DNA from: Bacillota bacterium
GTDB taxonomy: Bacteria; Bacillota; DTU025
NCBI GenBank assembly: GCA_050951805.1
Contig: JBMNJT010000002.1
Span: 1,120,001-1,184,000, forward strand
Reading direction: 5' to 3'
DNA length: 64,000 nt
Shown: piece after piece, positions 29,091-39,662 of the stretch
How the letters are laid out: every line of letters begins with the position of its first letter
Position numbering within the stretch: position 1 is the stretch's first letter
Program-made: the position numbers and the translations under genes
The notes under the pieces: model-generated
The model's database searches: none
What the model was told of the DNA's origin: nothing
The model's input: only the letters and a program-made list of their open reading frames with translations

Positions 29091-29884
29091 TGCATCCGAT
29101 CCTGTTTAATGTTGGGAAGTTTCCCGTATACTCTTGGGGCACGTGTTTGGCTGTTGCCTTCGTTGTCAGCGCCCTCTACGCAATTTGGCAAGGCAAGAAG
29201 AAGGAGATAGATCTCGATGATATCATCGACCTCGCGCTGTACGCCTGCATTGCGTCGATTCTGGGCGCCAGGATTTTCTATGTGCTCCTCAATATCACCA
29301 GTTATCTCGACAATCTCGTCAGCATCTTGTGGATGCGCGATGGTGGGCTTTCCTTCTTTGGCGGGCTTGCAGGCGGGGTGCTCGCAGGGGTCCTTTTGGC
29401 CAAGAAGCGCGAGATTCCTTTGGGGAAATTGGCTGACGTGGTCGCGCCCGCTATAGCAATTGGCTATGCCATAGGAAGGCTGGGCTGTCTTCTCAATGGA
29501 TGCTGCTACGGGAAGGTTGCGGTGGATCTTCCATGGGCTTTGGCATGCGGAACGGACGGAGCTCCTAGGCATCCTACGCAGATCTACGCGATAATCTACA
29601 GTGTCATTATTTTCTTCATTCTTCGGGCTTGGGAAGGCAGAAAGCGTTTTGAAGGCGAAGTAATGTGGGCGTATATAGGGCTTTATTCTGTTGCTAGGTT
29701 TATAGTTGAGTTCTGGAGAGTCGGGGTTCGCGACTACTTTGCTCCGTTGACGGCCACCCAAATGCTATGCATCGTCCTTGCGGTATTGGGATTTGGCATG
29801 GTATATGTGAAGTCGAAGTATCCCGAGTCGGTCGCCGAGGCTTCGACTGACGGCGCAGTGTCGAAATCGTCTGTGCGAGGGTAA
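29090..29884 (+). CDS. lgt: Prolipoprotein diacylglyceryl transferase
   Basis: GARIFYV, GGLSFFGG, IGRLGCLLNGCCYG, RHPTQIY, RFIVEF. Confidence 0.93.
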   Translation: MHPILFNVGKFPVYSWGTCLAVAFVVSALYAIWQGKKKEIDLDDIIDLALYACIASILGARIFYVLLNITSYLDNLVSILWMRDGGLSFFGGLAGGVLAGVLLAKKREIPLGKLADVVAPAIAIGYAIGRLGCLLNGCCYGKVAVDLPWALACGTDGAPRHPTQIYAIIYSVIIFFILRAWEGRKRFEGEVMWAYIGLYSVARFIVEFWRVGVRDYFAPLTATQMLCIVLAVLGFGMVYVKSKYPESVAEASTDGAVSKSSVRG

Positions 29885-30847
29885 ATGATGCAGGTTCTGT
29901 TCTTCAGTCCCGGGGAGGCTGATGATCGCACAAGGCTCGATCTGTATCTCGCGAAGGAGTCAGTTGCTCCTTCGCGTTCCTATATTCAGAAGCTTATTTC
30001 GGATGGACGAGTCACTGTTAATGGCTTGGTCGAAACACGCTCTTCTTATCGCGTCCGTGCTGGCGATGCTGTCGAAGTGAGAGTTCCGCCGCCTGAACCC
30101 CTGTGCCAGGGAGTTCCCGCGCCTGAGTCGATCGCCCTCGATGTGATCTATGAGGATGATGACCTGATGGTGATCAACAAACCCCGGGGGATGGTCGTTC
30201 ATCCCGGTGTGGGCAGGTCTACCGGCACTCTAGTCAATGCTCTGCTCGGTAGGGGCACTCAGTTGTCGACGGTTGGAGGGAAGCTCAGGCCTGGGATAGT
30301 CCACCGTCTTGACCTCGACACATCGGGTGCAATTATCGTGGCAAAGAACGACGCAACGCATCTTGCTCTCGCGTCGCAGCTGGCATCGGGCGACATAGAC
30401 CGCAATTACATTGCTATTGTGCGCGGGAACATCCGGGAGGACTGCGGGGTCATTGATGCGCCTTTGGGGCGCCATTCCGTAGACAGGAAGAAGCGAGCTG
30501 TGAGGCCCGACGGAAGGCCGGCGGTGACTAGGTTTACTGTTTTGGAGAGGTTTGGTGACTATACTTTGGTCGGGATTGAGCTGGAGACAGGTCGAACACA
30601 CCAGATTCGGGTCCACATGAAGTATATAGGTAGGCCTGTAGCAGGTGATCCTGTCTATGGGGGTGTTGCGGGCGAACTGGGTCTTGAGGCTCAGGCTCTC
30701 CACGCCCGCAGTGTGGAGTTTACTCATCCTGCGACTGGGGAGAGGGTCAGGATCGAGGCGAAGAAGATGCCTGATGACATGCGGGCAGCTCTCGCACTGC
30801 TTAGGTCGAGGGAGCCTTCAGGGGATGGGCGGTGCGGCGCAAGATAG
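29885..30847 (+). CDS. rluD: RluA/RluD-family pseudouridine synthase
   Basis: S4 domain, INKPRGMVVHP, GIVHRLDLDTSG, TGRTHQIRVH. Confidence 0.92.
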   Translation: MMQVLFFSPGEADDRTRLDLYLAKESVAPSRSYIQKLISDGRVTVNGLVETRSSYRVRAGDAVEVRVPPPEPLCQGVPAPESIALDVIYEDDDLMVINKPRGMVVHPGVGRSTGTLVNALLGRGTQLSTVGGKLRPGIVHRLDLDTSGAIIVAKNDATHLALASQLASGDIDRNYIAIVRGNIREDCGVIDAPLGRHSVDRKKRAVRPDGRPAVTRFTVLERFGDYTLVGIELETGRTHQIRVHMKYIGRPVAGDPVYGGVAGELGLEAQALHARSVEFTHPATGERVRIEAKKMPDDMRAALALLRSREPSGDGRCGAR

Positions 30848-30860
30848 CGGGGCGGTTTCT

Positions 30861-32117
30861 ATGATGGGAAACGGGGGTTCGAACAAAGCGGACGGAACCG
30901 GCCGGGTCGATCTGGCGGTTCGATGGGCCGCGGCGCTTGAGGTGCTTTTGGCCGTTCTGGCTTCATGCGTGATCTGTACAGGGTGCGCTCCTGATTGTAC
31001 GTGGTTGCGCTTTTCGGAGGGTCGGGCGGCCTATCCCTGCAGCGATGGATCTAGGCTCGGGGATGTCTGGCAGCGTACGGCCTGCGAGTCTCTGCAATCT
31101 CGGTTCACTCTTGCCGCCGCCGGCGATGTCATATTCGACAGGGGAGTGAGGGCTGTCTGCGAACGCCGAGGGGCGGATTGGCCGCTCAGTGCTGTTGCCC
31201 CCATATTCTCTTCGGCAGATGCGGGGTTCGTCAATCTTGAGACCAGTCTTGCCGTGGGCGGAAGACCCATCCCGGGCAAGGGCATATGGTTCAGGTCTGA
31301 TCCCAAGTTTGCGCAGGAGCTTGCGAAGGCCGGGGTGAACGTAGTCACTGTCGCCAACAATCATGTGCTAGATTACGATGAAGCCGCCTTTGCCGAGACT
31401 CTTGCTGCATTGGCGGACAGCTCGATAGCTGTGTGCGGCGGCGGGTTCGACCTAGATGAGGCGCGTTCGCCTGCGATTGTCAGCGCAGGCGGGGTGAGGA
31501 TTGCGTTTTTGGGCTACTCGGAGCTTGCGGATATATTCTGGACTTATTCTTATCCAAGGAGTTTTCGTGCGGGCCTGGATAGTCCCGGGGTTGCGCCAAT
31601 GGATGAGAAGATGATCGTCCAGGACATACGGAAGGCACGGGCCGTGGCAGACCATGTTGTCGTCTCCTACCATTGGGGCGAGGAGTATGCGCGCATGCCG
31701 AACACAAGGCAGATGCAGATCGCCCACATGTCGATCGATGCCGGAGCCAGTCTCGTGCTGGGCCATCATCCCCACGTGCTGCAGCCTGTGGAGGTGTACA
31801 ACGGCGGGATCATATTCTACTCCCTAGGGAACTTCGTGTTCGATCAGACAAAGCCCGACACTGTGGAAAGCATGATAGCTTGCGTGACGTTTTCGCCCAG
31901 CAAAATCGTCTCTGCGCAGATTCTGCCCATGAGGATAGAGAGATGCCGTCCCCGCCCTCTGGTGGGATGGGCCGCCAGGACTGTTCTGGACAGGCTTATC
32001 AGGGATTCGGCATGGCTTGGCGCGGTCGTGGCGCCGACCGGAGGGAGGGGCTTAATCCTCATTCCCGGGACAAGTGTCCCCGTTGAAACCGAGGGCGTTG
32101 GAGAGTTCCTCCCTTGA
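30861..32117 (+). CDS. CapA/PgsA-family metallophosphatase
   Basis: AGDV, VNLE, ANNHVLDY, HWGEEY, GHHPHVLQ, YSLGNFVFDQ; start uncertain. Confidence 0.88.
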   Translation: MMGNGGSNKADGTGRVDLAVRWAAALEVLLAVLASCVICTGCAPDCTWLRFSEGRAAYPCSDGSRLGDVWQRTACESLQSRFTLAAAGDVIFDRGVRAVCERRGADWPLSAVAPIFSSADAGFVNLETSLAVGGRPIPGKGIWFRSDPKFAQELAKAGVNVVTVANNHVLDYDEAAFAETLAALADSSIAVCGGGFDLDEARSPAIVSAGGVRIAFLGYSELADIFWTYSYPRSFRAGLDSPGVAPMDEKMIVQDIRKARAVADHVVVSYHWGEEYARMPNTRQMQIAHMSIDAGASLVLGHHPHVLQPVEVYNGGIIFYSLGNFVFDQTKPDTVESMIACVTFSPSKIVSAQILPMRIERCRPRPLVGWAARTVLDRLIRDSAWLGAVVAPTGGRGLILIPGTSVPVETEGVGEFLP

Positions 32118-33953
32118 TGGTGTCACCCATATGGTCTTGTGGGCCTCGTAGATTACCATCCCCGGCCGTGCGCCCCGCGGCTTGCGAACATTTCTAGCCT
32201 CTGTATAGTCGACTGCAACGTTCGACGACATCCGGGCCTGGCTGTAGTAGGCCGCCAGCAACGCGGCGGCGCGCAGCGTCTCATCTGGCACTTCTTGGTT
32301 CGGCCTTCGCCTGACTACTACGTGGGCACCATGTATGTCTTTTGCATGGAACCACAGGTCATGTGGGCGGGCGAGCTTTGTTGTGAGATGATCGTTCTCG
32401 AGGTTGTTCTTCCCCACGTATATTTCATCGCCTGATGCGGCTCTGAAGCTGGTGGGCATCGGCATCCGCTCTTTGTGTTTCTTTTTCGCTCTCCGCGCGC
32501 TCCCGCGTTCCTGTCGGGGCTGTATGAAACCGAGGGCGGCGAGTTCCTCAGTGATACCGTTCAATGTCTCTTCTGTTTCGGCTATTGTCGCCATGGCCAG
32601 CATCGATTCGAGATAAGCCACCTCTTCTTCGGTGGCGGCAATGTTGGCAGTCACTGCTTTTCGGGCCCTCTCTGCTTTGGAGTAGCGTGCAAAGAATGAC
32701 TGTGCGTTCTCGGACGCTGACAGGCTCGGGTCGACTTCGATCTCGACGGTAGGCGCTGCGGGGTCATAGTAATCCACGACGCGCACGCGATCTTCTCTCA
32801 ATGGGCCGCGCCCTAACGAGTGGATGTTGGCTGTTAGGAGTTCGCCTTTTCTGCGGAAGGCCGATGAATCTTCAGCCTCCGCCAGATCTCGCCGTTGGGC
32901 CTCGAGTTTTCGCACCGACCGTGCTAGCCTGGCCTCTACCTTGTGCGTGATGTTGCTTCTGGTTAATTCCAGCCTTTCGCGTTCTTCGGCGCGATTGTAG
33001 CATCTGTCGATCATCTCGGAGGCGGATGCGAATCTCTCTACGCGATACTCCCCAGAAAGCCCTGAAAGTCCCCAAACACAGCAGGCTGTAGGCTTGCCGG
33101 AGTGACGGTCGAAGGATGCCTCGAAAAGGAAGTCGCCCACCTTGACTGCTCGCCGAAAATCTTCAAACTGCGCCCACAGTAGGCTGATGTCATCCGCATG
33201 GAGCTCGAGGGCTGAACGGTCCGGGTCGATGCCTGCCCGCCAAGCGATCTCTCTGCTGTGATTCGGCCCAATGCCTGCAAAGCCAGATGAGATGAGATTG
33301 GCAACGCTATCCTTGCGCCTGCTTGGGCGACGCTTGGACGCGGCGTCAGCCTCGGCTCGCGCGCGGATCTGCGCGGACTGCCTTTGAATGATGGCGCGGA
33401 ACTCTTCGGCTGTCACCCGGAAGGGATCAGCTTTTTCGATGGGCGGAGGCGGAACGTATGATGCTCCCGGCGTGATTTCCCTGTATCTGTTGCGTGATGT
33501 GTCCACTCGGTGTGCTGCATCGAGAATACGCCCGTCCATACGGACGAGGATGATGTTGGACAAGCGACCTGTAAGCTCGGCTATGAGGAGCTTGTTGTCG
33601 GAAGGATCGGTGTCTGCCCACCCTTCAATCTGCATAATTATGATTCGGTCGAGCCCATCCTGGCGGACAGATACGACTCTGCCGCCGACTAAGTGCTTTC
33701 GCAGAAGCATGCAGAAGGCGGTGGGGGTCGGCAGGGAAGGGGGGACCGAATCTGTCAGGCATATCCTGCTAGATGTGGGCGAGGCGGATATCAGGAGCGA
33801 CGGTGCGCGTCCACGCCCAAGATCAAGCGTGATGCAGTCGTGCGAAGGCGACTGGATCTTATCGATTCTGGTGCCGGTCAACTCTCTTTCGATCTCCCGA
33901 GTAACGGCATAGAGTGTCATTCCATCTATCTGCATGATCTGCGCCCCTTTCAA
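32052..33953 (-). CDS. rqcH: RqcH/FbpA (NFACT) ribosome quality-control protein
   Basis: MQIDG, FCMLLRKHL.GG, ELTGRLSNIIL, VGKNNLEND, WFHAKDIHGAHV, VRKPRGARPG.V. Confidence 0.93.
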   Translation of the reverse strand: MKGAQIMQIDGMTLYAVTREIERELTGTRIDKIQSPSHDCITLDLGRGRAPSLLISASPTSSRICLTDSVPPSLPTPTAFCMLLRKHLVGGRVVSVRQDGLDRIIIMQIEGWADTDPSDNKLLIAELTGRLSNIILVRMDGRILDAAHRVDTSRNRYREITPGASYVPPPPIEKADPFRVTAEEFRAIIQRQSAQIRARAEADAASKRRPSRRKDSVANLISSGFAGIGPNHSREIAWRAGIDPDRSALELHADDISLLWAQFEDFRRAVKVGDFLFEASFDRHSGKPTACCVWGLSGLSGEYRVERFASASEMIDRCYNRAEERERLELTRSNITHKVEARLARSVRKLEAQRRDLAEAEDSSAFRRKGELLTANIHSLGRGPLREDRVRVVDYYDPAAPTVEIEVDPSLSASENAQSFFARYSKAERARKAVTANIAATEEEVAYLESMLAMATIAETEETLNGITEELAALGFIQPRQERGSARRAKKKHKERMPMPTSFRAASGDEIYVGKNNLENDHLTTKLARPHDLWFHAKDIHGAHVVVRRRPNQEVPDETLRAAALLAAYYSQARMSSNVAVDYTEARNVRKPRGARPGMVIYEAHKTIWVTPSREELSNALGFNGDTCPGNED

Positions 33954-34043
33954 TGCAGTTTTCAGTATAGCACCCGTGTATGAACCCGGTCAAAGGACAA
34001 TAGGAATAAAGGACGAGACTGCTCGTGCGGAAGATGGCACGGT

Positions 34044-36884
34044 GTGGAGGTGGTGTTGGCAATGTCCGAGTTGCGCGCTTGGCACTCCGTCAGCGCTGGG
34101 GTGGTTGAGAGGGAGCTCGAGACTTCGGCCTCGTCCGGCCTCACGTCTAAGGAGGCGCGGGCGAGGCGGGGGGCGTACGGACCAAATCAGATAAGGGCGG
34201 GAAGGCGTCAGTCGCCGCTGGTGATTCTTTTAAACCAGTTTCAGGACTTCATGGTTCTAGTGCTTCTCGGTGCCACGGCTGTATCAGCCTTTCTGGGCGA
34301 GTACAGAGACGTCGTGGCCATTCTCGCAATAGTCGTCCTCAACGCGGTTCTCGGCTTTGTCCAGGAATTCAGGGCAGAAAAAGCTCTTGAAGCTCTGCGC
34401 AAGCTTTCGGCGCCCAAGGCGACGGTGCTCAGAGACGGACGCGCCACGCAGATCGATGCGGTGGATGTGGTTCCCGGAGATGTGATCATCTTAAACCCGG
34501 GCGACAGAATTCCGGCAGATGCGAGGCTCGCAGAGAGCTACGGGGTAGAGGTGGACGAGTCTGTCCTGACTGGCGAATCAAGGCCGGTCAAGAAGGATGC
34601 TTCCTGCATTGTGCGGCAATCGGCGCCCGTTGTGGAGCACAGGAACATGCTGCACGCAGGGACTGTGGTGACGCGGGGGCGGGCGATAGGCTTAGTTGTC
34701 GCCACGGGGATGGAGACTGAGATGGGGAGGATAGCCGGGATGATAGAGGATGTATCTGACGGCGATACTCCTCTCCAACGTAGGCTCTCGCATCTCGGCA
34801 GGTGGTTGGTGGCGGGATGTCTCTTTCTATGCGCTCTCGTTGCCGGGCTCGGGGTTGCTAGAGGGGAACCTATTGAGCTCATGTTTCTTGCCGGGGTGAG
34901 CTTGGCTGTGGCGGCGATCCCCGAAGGGCTGCCTGCAATAGTCACCGTCAGCCTCGCTCTGGGGGTGCAGAGGATGAGCGCGAGGAAGGCTATTGTCAGG
35001 AAACTTTCGGCGGTGGAGACTTTAGGTTGTGCTACCGTGATCTGCGCCGACAAGACTGGCACTTTGACTCAGAACCAGATGACTGTGGTGGAGATCGATT
35101 TGATAGGACGGAATATTCAGGTGACAGGGTCGGGGTACTCCCCTGAGGGCGAATTCTTGGAAGGCGGCGAAACAATCGACCCTTTAAATGATGGGATTTT
35201 TGAGGACTTGCTTCTTTGTGCTGCTCTGTGCAACGATGCAAGCCTCGTGCGGCAGAGTGCTGAGGAGAGGACGACCGGCTCCATGGGGCGCGGACGGGGA
35301 CGGGGTTATGGCTATGGGCCTGGACGGAGCTGGGATGTTGTCGGAGATCCCACTGAAGGCGCTCTGCTTGCCATGGCATACAAGGGTGGCCGGGAGATTA
35401 TGCAAAAGGTGCGCAGCTTTACACGGGTTGCAGAGATCCCGTTCGAGCCCGAGCGGCGGATGATGGCAGTGGCTTGCAGTGGGCCTTCCGGGGTATTTAC
35501 TTTCGTGAAGGGAGCGCCCCAGGTAGTCCTCGAACTGTGCGAAGGCCGTTATGTGGGGGGACATGTGGAAGGCGGCATCGTGTTGCGTGACCGCCGGTTT
35601 GACGGTGCCGTGCTGGCACGCAATTCCTCCATGGCATCGAAGTCGATGAGGGTGCTCGCCATGGCCTCGGCGCCGGGGAACCTCATCGAGCAGATCCGGG
35701 TGGGGCAGTCTCATGCTCTTTCGGGCCTCACATTCCTGGGGATGGTCGGCATGGTCGATCCACCGCGTCCGGAGGCGGCGCGCTCAGTTGCTCTGGCTAA
35801 GAAAGCGGGGATCGCGACGTTGATGATCACCGGGGACCATGCTGCGACTGCAGAGGCAATAGCGAAGCAGGTGGGAATCATGGAGAGCGGGCGCCGGATT
35901 CTCACAGGCGAGGAACTGGACGCCATGAGCGATCGGCAACTTGAAGAGGTGATTTCCGAGGTAGCTGTCTTTGCCAGGGTGGCGCCTGCACACAAACTCC
36001 GGGTAGTTCGGGCTCTCAGAGCGCAAGGTCACGTGGTGGCTGTGACAGGGGATGGGGTTAACGATGCTCCGGCCATACGCGAGGCCGATATAGGGATCGC
36101 AATGGGGAAAAACGGGACTGACGTGGCCAGAGAGGCGTCGAGCATGGTGCTGTCAGACGACAACTACGCCACGATAATCGCGGCGATCGAGGAGGGCAGG
36201 TCGATCTATGATAATATCCGCAAGTTCATCAGATACCTCTTGGCGTGCAATGTGGGCGAGGTGCTAACCATGCTTCTGGCTGTAGCGGGCGGGCTTCCGT
36301 TGCCGCTGACGCCCATACAGATCCTGTGGATGAACTTGATGACCGACGGGCTGCCTGCTATGGCCCTGGCTGCCGACCCCACGGACCCAAATACGATGCA
36401 ACGAGCCCCTAGATGTCCCAGTGAGAGCCTGTTCGCCCACGGTTTGGGGCTGAAAGTGCTCGCGGACGGAGTCTTCATCAGCATTTGCACCATTGCCTGC
36501 TACATATCGGCCGGCGCTTTTCTCGGACACGATCTTGATACGGCACGGACAATGGCTTTTTCCACTTTGGTCATGTCGCAGCTGGTCTATGTCTTTCGAT
36601 GTCGAGTGGAGGAGAGGTCGGCTCTTGAATCGGGCAGGCGGCCTTCAAACAGATTTCTGCTTGGTGCGGTCGGGATCTCAGTCGTTCTTCAAGTGTTAGG
36701 CGTCCATCACCACGTGGGCCGTGCATTCTTGGGGACCTGCGAGTTGTCGGTGGTGGATTGGGTGTTGGTCCTTTTCCTCTCCGGCTGGTCTACTTTCCTG
36801 GCTTCTGCGGTCAGGGCGGTACAAAGGGCCATCAGACGGCGATGTACTGTTTTCAGGGTGAATAAAGCGGGCCAAGGCACATGA
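34044..36884 (+). CDS. yloB: P-type cation (Ca2+) transporting ATPase
   Basis: TGES, PEGL, DKTGTLT, KGAP, TGD, GDGVND motifs; start may be ATG 34062. Confidence 0.9.
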   Translation: MEVVLAMSELRAWHSVSAGVVERELETSASSGLTSKEARARRGAYGPNQIRAGRRQSPLVILLNQFQDFMVLVLLGATAVSAFLGEYRDVVAILAIVVLNAVLGFVQEFRAEKALEALRKLSAPKATVLRDGRATQIDAVDVVPGDVIILNPGDRIPADARLAESYGVEVDESVLTGESRPVKKDASCIVRQSAPVVEHRNMLHAGTVVTRGRAIGLVVATGMETEMGRIAGMIEDVSDGDTPLQRRLSHLGRWLVAGCLFLCALVAGLGVARGEPIELMFLAGVSLAVAAIPEGLPAIVTVSLALGVQRMSARKAIVRKLSAVETLGCATVICADKTGTLTQNQMTVVEIDLIGRNIQVTGSGYSPEGEFLEGGETIDPLNDGIFEDLLLCAALCNDASLVRQSAEERTTGSMGRGRGRGYGYGPGRSWDVVGDPTEGALLAMAYKGGREIMQKVRSFTRVAEIPFEPERRMMAVACSGPSGVFTFVKGAPQVVLELCEGRYVGGHVEGGIVLRDRRFDGAVLARNSSMASKSMRVLAMASAPGNLIEQIRVGQSHALSGLTFLGMVGMVDPPRPEAARSVALAKKAGIATLMITGDHAATAEAIAKQVGIMESGRRILTGEELDAMSDRQLEEVISEVAVFARVAPAHKLRVVRALRAQGHVVAVTGDGVNDAPAIREADIGIAMGKNGTDVAREASSMVLSDDNYATIIAAIEEGRSIYDNIRKFIRYLLACNVGEVLTMLLAVAGGLPLPLTPIQILWMNLMTDGLPAMALAADPTDPNTMQRAPRCPSESLFAHGLGLKVLADGVFISICTIACYISAGAFLGHDLDTARTMAFSTLVMSQLVYVFRCRVEERSALESGRRPSNRFLLGAVGISVVLQVLGVHHHVGRAFLGTCELSVVDWVLVLFLSGWSTFLASAVRAVQRAIRRRCTVFRVNKAGQGT

Positions 36885-36908
36885 AACCGCAGGGATATTG
36901 CATATCCT

Positions 36909-36936
36909 AGCAGGATTTTCGGTGTCTGAGTGGAAT
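36909..36936 (+). promoter_or_regulatory. Putative sigma-H promoter upstream of yicC operon
   Basis: AGCAGGATTT-11 bp-GTGGAAT, matching the sigma-H consensus (AGGAwwT...GAAT). Confidence 0.6.
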
Positions 36937-37055
36937 ACTAGGTTCCTAAAAGCATCCCGTTTGGGCTGGCATTTTGCAGTGAATACTTGATGCAGCTGGT
37001 GTTTGTGTAGTACAATGAGCTGCACGCTAGACGGAAAAGGATGGAACTTTGATAT

Positions 37056-37934
37056 ATGCTGATGAGTATGACCGGGTATGGGCGGGCTGCAAACAGCGGT
37101 CCCGAAGGCGATGTCACGGTTGAGATCAGATCTTTAAACCACAGATACTTCGATGTCTCGCTCCGGATGCCGAGGGAGTTCTCTCCGGTTGAGGAGAGGG
37201 TAAGATCCCTTGTTGCGGAGAGAATTGCGCGCGGCAGGATCGAAGTCTCGGTGTCGGTAGATTGGCACGACGGCAGTCGGCGAACTGTCGCTTTAGATAC
37301 GTGCCTTGCGCGCGCCTACGCAGAGGGTCTGGCCAGGCTCGCCCATGAGCTTGCTCTTGCCCCGATATCATCAGTGGACGTCCTCTCAGGGCTGCCCGAT
37401 GTGATAACCCTTTCTGAGGCGAAGATTGATGTAGATATCCTTTGGAATATGGTTCAGCCGGCGCTTTCCGATGCCATCGACCAGGTTGTGCAGATGAGGA
37501 AGGAAGAAGGGGCAAGGCTGGAAAGGGATATCGCAGGCAGAATAGAAATGATTGAGATGAGGGTGGACGAGGTTGGGCGTCGCGCGCCTGAGGTGGTCGA
37601 TTCTTACAGGGCGAAGCTTGCTCGAAGGGTGAGCGAGATGATAGGGGACGTCCGTGTTGACGAGGCCAGGCTTGCGACTGAGGTAGCACTGTTCGCTGAT
37701 AGGTGCGATATTACTGAGGAGACGGTTCGCTTCAAGAGCCACATAGGGCAGTTCCGTGATACAATTTCGGAGTCAGGGGACTGCGGCAAGAAGCTGGATT
37801 TTATAATACAGGAGATGAACCGCGAGGCTAATACTATCGCAGCGAAATCTCAGGATTCATTCATTTCGGCTTTGGCAGTGGAGATCAAGGCCGAACTGGA
37901 GAAAGTACGCGAACAAGTGCAGAATGTCGAGTAA
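37056..37934 (+). CDS. yicC: YicC/YloC endoribonuclease
   Basis: SMTGYG, EIRSLNHRY, DITEE..R, GKKLDFIIQEMNREANTI, EKVREQVQNVE. Confidence 0.95.
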   Translation: MLMSMTGYGRAANSGPEGDVTVEIRSLNHRYFDVSLRMPREFSPVEERVRSLVAERIARGRIEVSVSVDWHDGSRRTVALDTCLARAYAEGLARLAHELALAPISSVDVLSGLPDVITLSEAKIDVDILWNMVQPALSDAIDQVVQMRKEEGARLERDIAGRIEMIEMRVDEVGRRAPEVVDSYRAKLARRVSEMIGDVRVDEARLATEVALFADRCDITEETVRFKSHIGQFRDTISESGDCGKKLDFIIQEMNREANTIAAKSQDSFISALAVEIKAELEKVREQVQNVE

Positions 37935-37982
37935 GGCTCTTGACGCTGCCGTAAGCCAACAATTAATGGGAGGTGCGCGTAA

Positions 37983-38294
37983 ATGGCACTGCCGGAACTG
38001 ACAGATGAACAGAAACGTGAGGCGCTCAAGAAAGCTCAGGAGGTAAGGAGCAAGAGGGCTCAGATCAGGGCGGAACTGAAAAAAGGCAACATGTCCTTGG
38101 AGGAGGTTCTCGCAAACGCTGAGGACGAGGTCATTGGCAAGATGCGCGTTGCATACTTGCTGGAGTCGCTGCCTAGGATAGGCAAGGTTAGGGCCCGTCA
38201 GATCATGGAGGAAATCGGCATAGATGAGAACCGAAGGGTCCAGGGCCTTGGCGTCCGTCAGAAGGAGGCCCTCCTGAACAAGCTGGCGAAGTAG
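37983..38294 (+). CDS. mihF: Integration host factor, actinobacterial (mIHF) type
   Basis: [18 protein letters not shown]...[40 protein letters not shown] (H2TH fold pattern). Confidence 0.88.
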   Translation: MALPELTDEQKREALKKAQEVRSKRAQIRAELKKGNMSLEEVLANAEDEVIGKMRVAYLLESLPRIGKVRARQIMEEIGIDENRRVQGLGVRQKEALLNKLAK

Positions 38295-38304
38295 GTGGGG
38301 AACC

Positions 38305-38571
38305 GTGGATATTAAGCTTGTCAACATAGGCTTCGGAAACATGGTGGCCGCAAACAGGCTGGTGGCGATCGTGAGTCCTGAGTCTGCGCCTATCAAAAGG
38401 ATTATCCAGGAAGGGCGCAAACGCGGCATGTTGATCGATGCTACCTACGGGCGCAGGACGAGGGCGGTAATCATCACAGATAGCGGCCATGTAGTATTGT
38501 CCGCTGTCCAGCCTGAAACTGTGGCTCATCGAGTGGAGATGAAGGAAGCAGATGTCGACGGGCGTGATTAG
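38305..38571 (+). CDS. remA: RemA (DUF370) regulator
   Basis: [37 protein letters not shown]. Confidence 0.95.
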   Translation: MDIKLVNIGFGNMVAANRLVAIVSPESAPIKRIIQEGRKRGMLIDATYGRRTRAVIITDSGHVVLSAVQPETVAHRVEMKEADVDGRD

Positions 38572-39232
38572 GGGTACGGATATGCTCAAGCGGCTTACAG
38601 AGGTTCCGAGAATTCGTGGCAACCTCATTGTGATCTCCGGGCCTTCGGGCTCGGGCAAAAACTCAGCGCTTGCCGCCGTAAGGAGTAAGGTTCCTGATCT
38701 GGTCTACTCTATTTCGGCGACTACACGTCGCCCAAGGGAGGACGAGATAGACGGCGTTCACTACTTCTTCCTGACCCGCGAGGAGTTCCTTGCCATGAAA
38801 GATGCAGGGGCCTTTTTGGAGACTGCTGAGTTCTGTGGAAACCTTTACGGTACTCCGCGAAGCTTTGTTGAGGGAAAGCTTGATGCAGGGGAAGATGTGA
38901 TTATGGACATTGAGATACGCGGGGCTGACCAAGTGAGGGCCAAGATGCCTGATGCGGTTACCATCTTTCTGATGCCGCCGTCCCTTGCAGAACTAGAGGC
39001 AAGGCTGGCAAAGCGGGGCGCTGATTCGCCTGAGGCGACAAGAAGACGCCTTAGGAAGGCTATAGAGGAGATACCTGCCGTGCTGAAATATGATTATGTG
39101 GTTCTCAACTATGATTTGGAGCAGGCCGCAGAGCAGATCCGGTCTATTATAGTCGCGGAGCGGGCCCGGGTGGGCAGATGCGACTGTGAGCATTTTATCC
39201 GCGGTTTTGAGATGGAATCGCAGATATTCTGA
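38552..39232 (+). CDS. gmk: Guanylate kinase
   Basis: [33 protein letters not shown]; start may be ATG 38582. Confidence 0.95.
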   Translation: MSTGVIRGTDMLKRLTEVPRIRGNLIVISGPSGSGKNSALAAVRSKVPDLVYSISATTRRPREDEIDGVHYFFLTREEFLAMKDAGAFLETAEFCGNLYGTPRSFVEGKLDAGEDVIMDIEIRGADQVRAKMPDAVTIFLMPPSLAELEARLAKRGADSPEATRRRLRKAIEEIPAVLKYDYVVLNYDLEQAAEQIRSIIVAERARVGRCDCEHFIRGFEMESQIF

Positions 39233-39345
39233 GGGAATATGGTGTTGAGCCTCCCTGACGCCACAGACCCGGATGGCGGATGAAGGGGGCTTTTACAAGG
39301 TACGTGCGGCGGCGCCGCCGCCGCATGCATAAGGAGGCTACTCGA

Positions 39346-39648
39346 GTGATTCGACCCTCATTGGAAGAACTGATGGATCATAGCGACAGCAGGTATACGC
39401 TGGTGGTAATGGCGGCCAGACGGGCAAGGAAGATAATGTCGGCGCAGAAGGACGTAATAGAGTATGGTCCTGAAAAGCCTGTAACCCGCGCGCTGCGGGA
39501 GATAGCCGAGGGAAAGGTGACGTATTATAGGCCTAGCCCTGGCGAAACCGGCATACCCAAGAAATATGACGGCTGGGTGGAACAGCCCAGCGGCAGGGAG
39601 CAGCTGAAGCCTACCGATGACTATTTGGAGCGTGCCCCGCTTTTTTAG
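39346..39648 (+). CDS. rpoZ: RNA polymerase omega subunit
   Basis: PSLEEL...SRYTLVVMAARRAR...KPVTRALREI; AAGGAGG RBS before GTG 39346. Confidence 0.92.
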   Translation: MIRPSLEELMDHSDSRYTLVVMAARRARKIMSAQKDVIEYGPEKPVTRALREIAEGKVTYYRPSPGETGIPKKYDGWVEQPSGREQLKPTDDYLERAPLF

Positions 39649-39662
39649 GAGTGTGATCGCCC

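Noticed and set aside
30645-30860. Apparent N-terminal extension of the CapA-like ORF (likewise murC from 11887 and murB from 13292)
   Set aside because: Overlaps the upstream gene or lacks an RBS; better starts lie downstream
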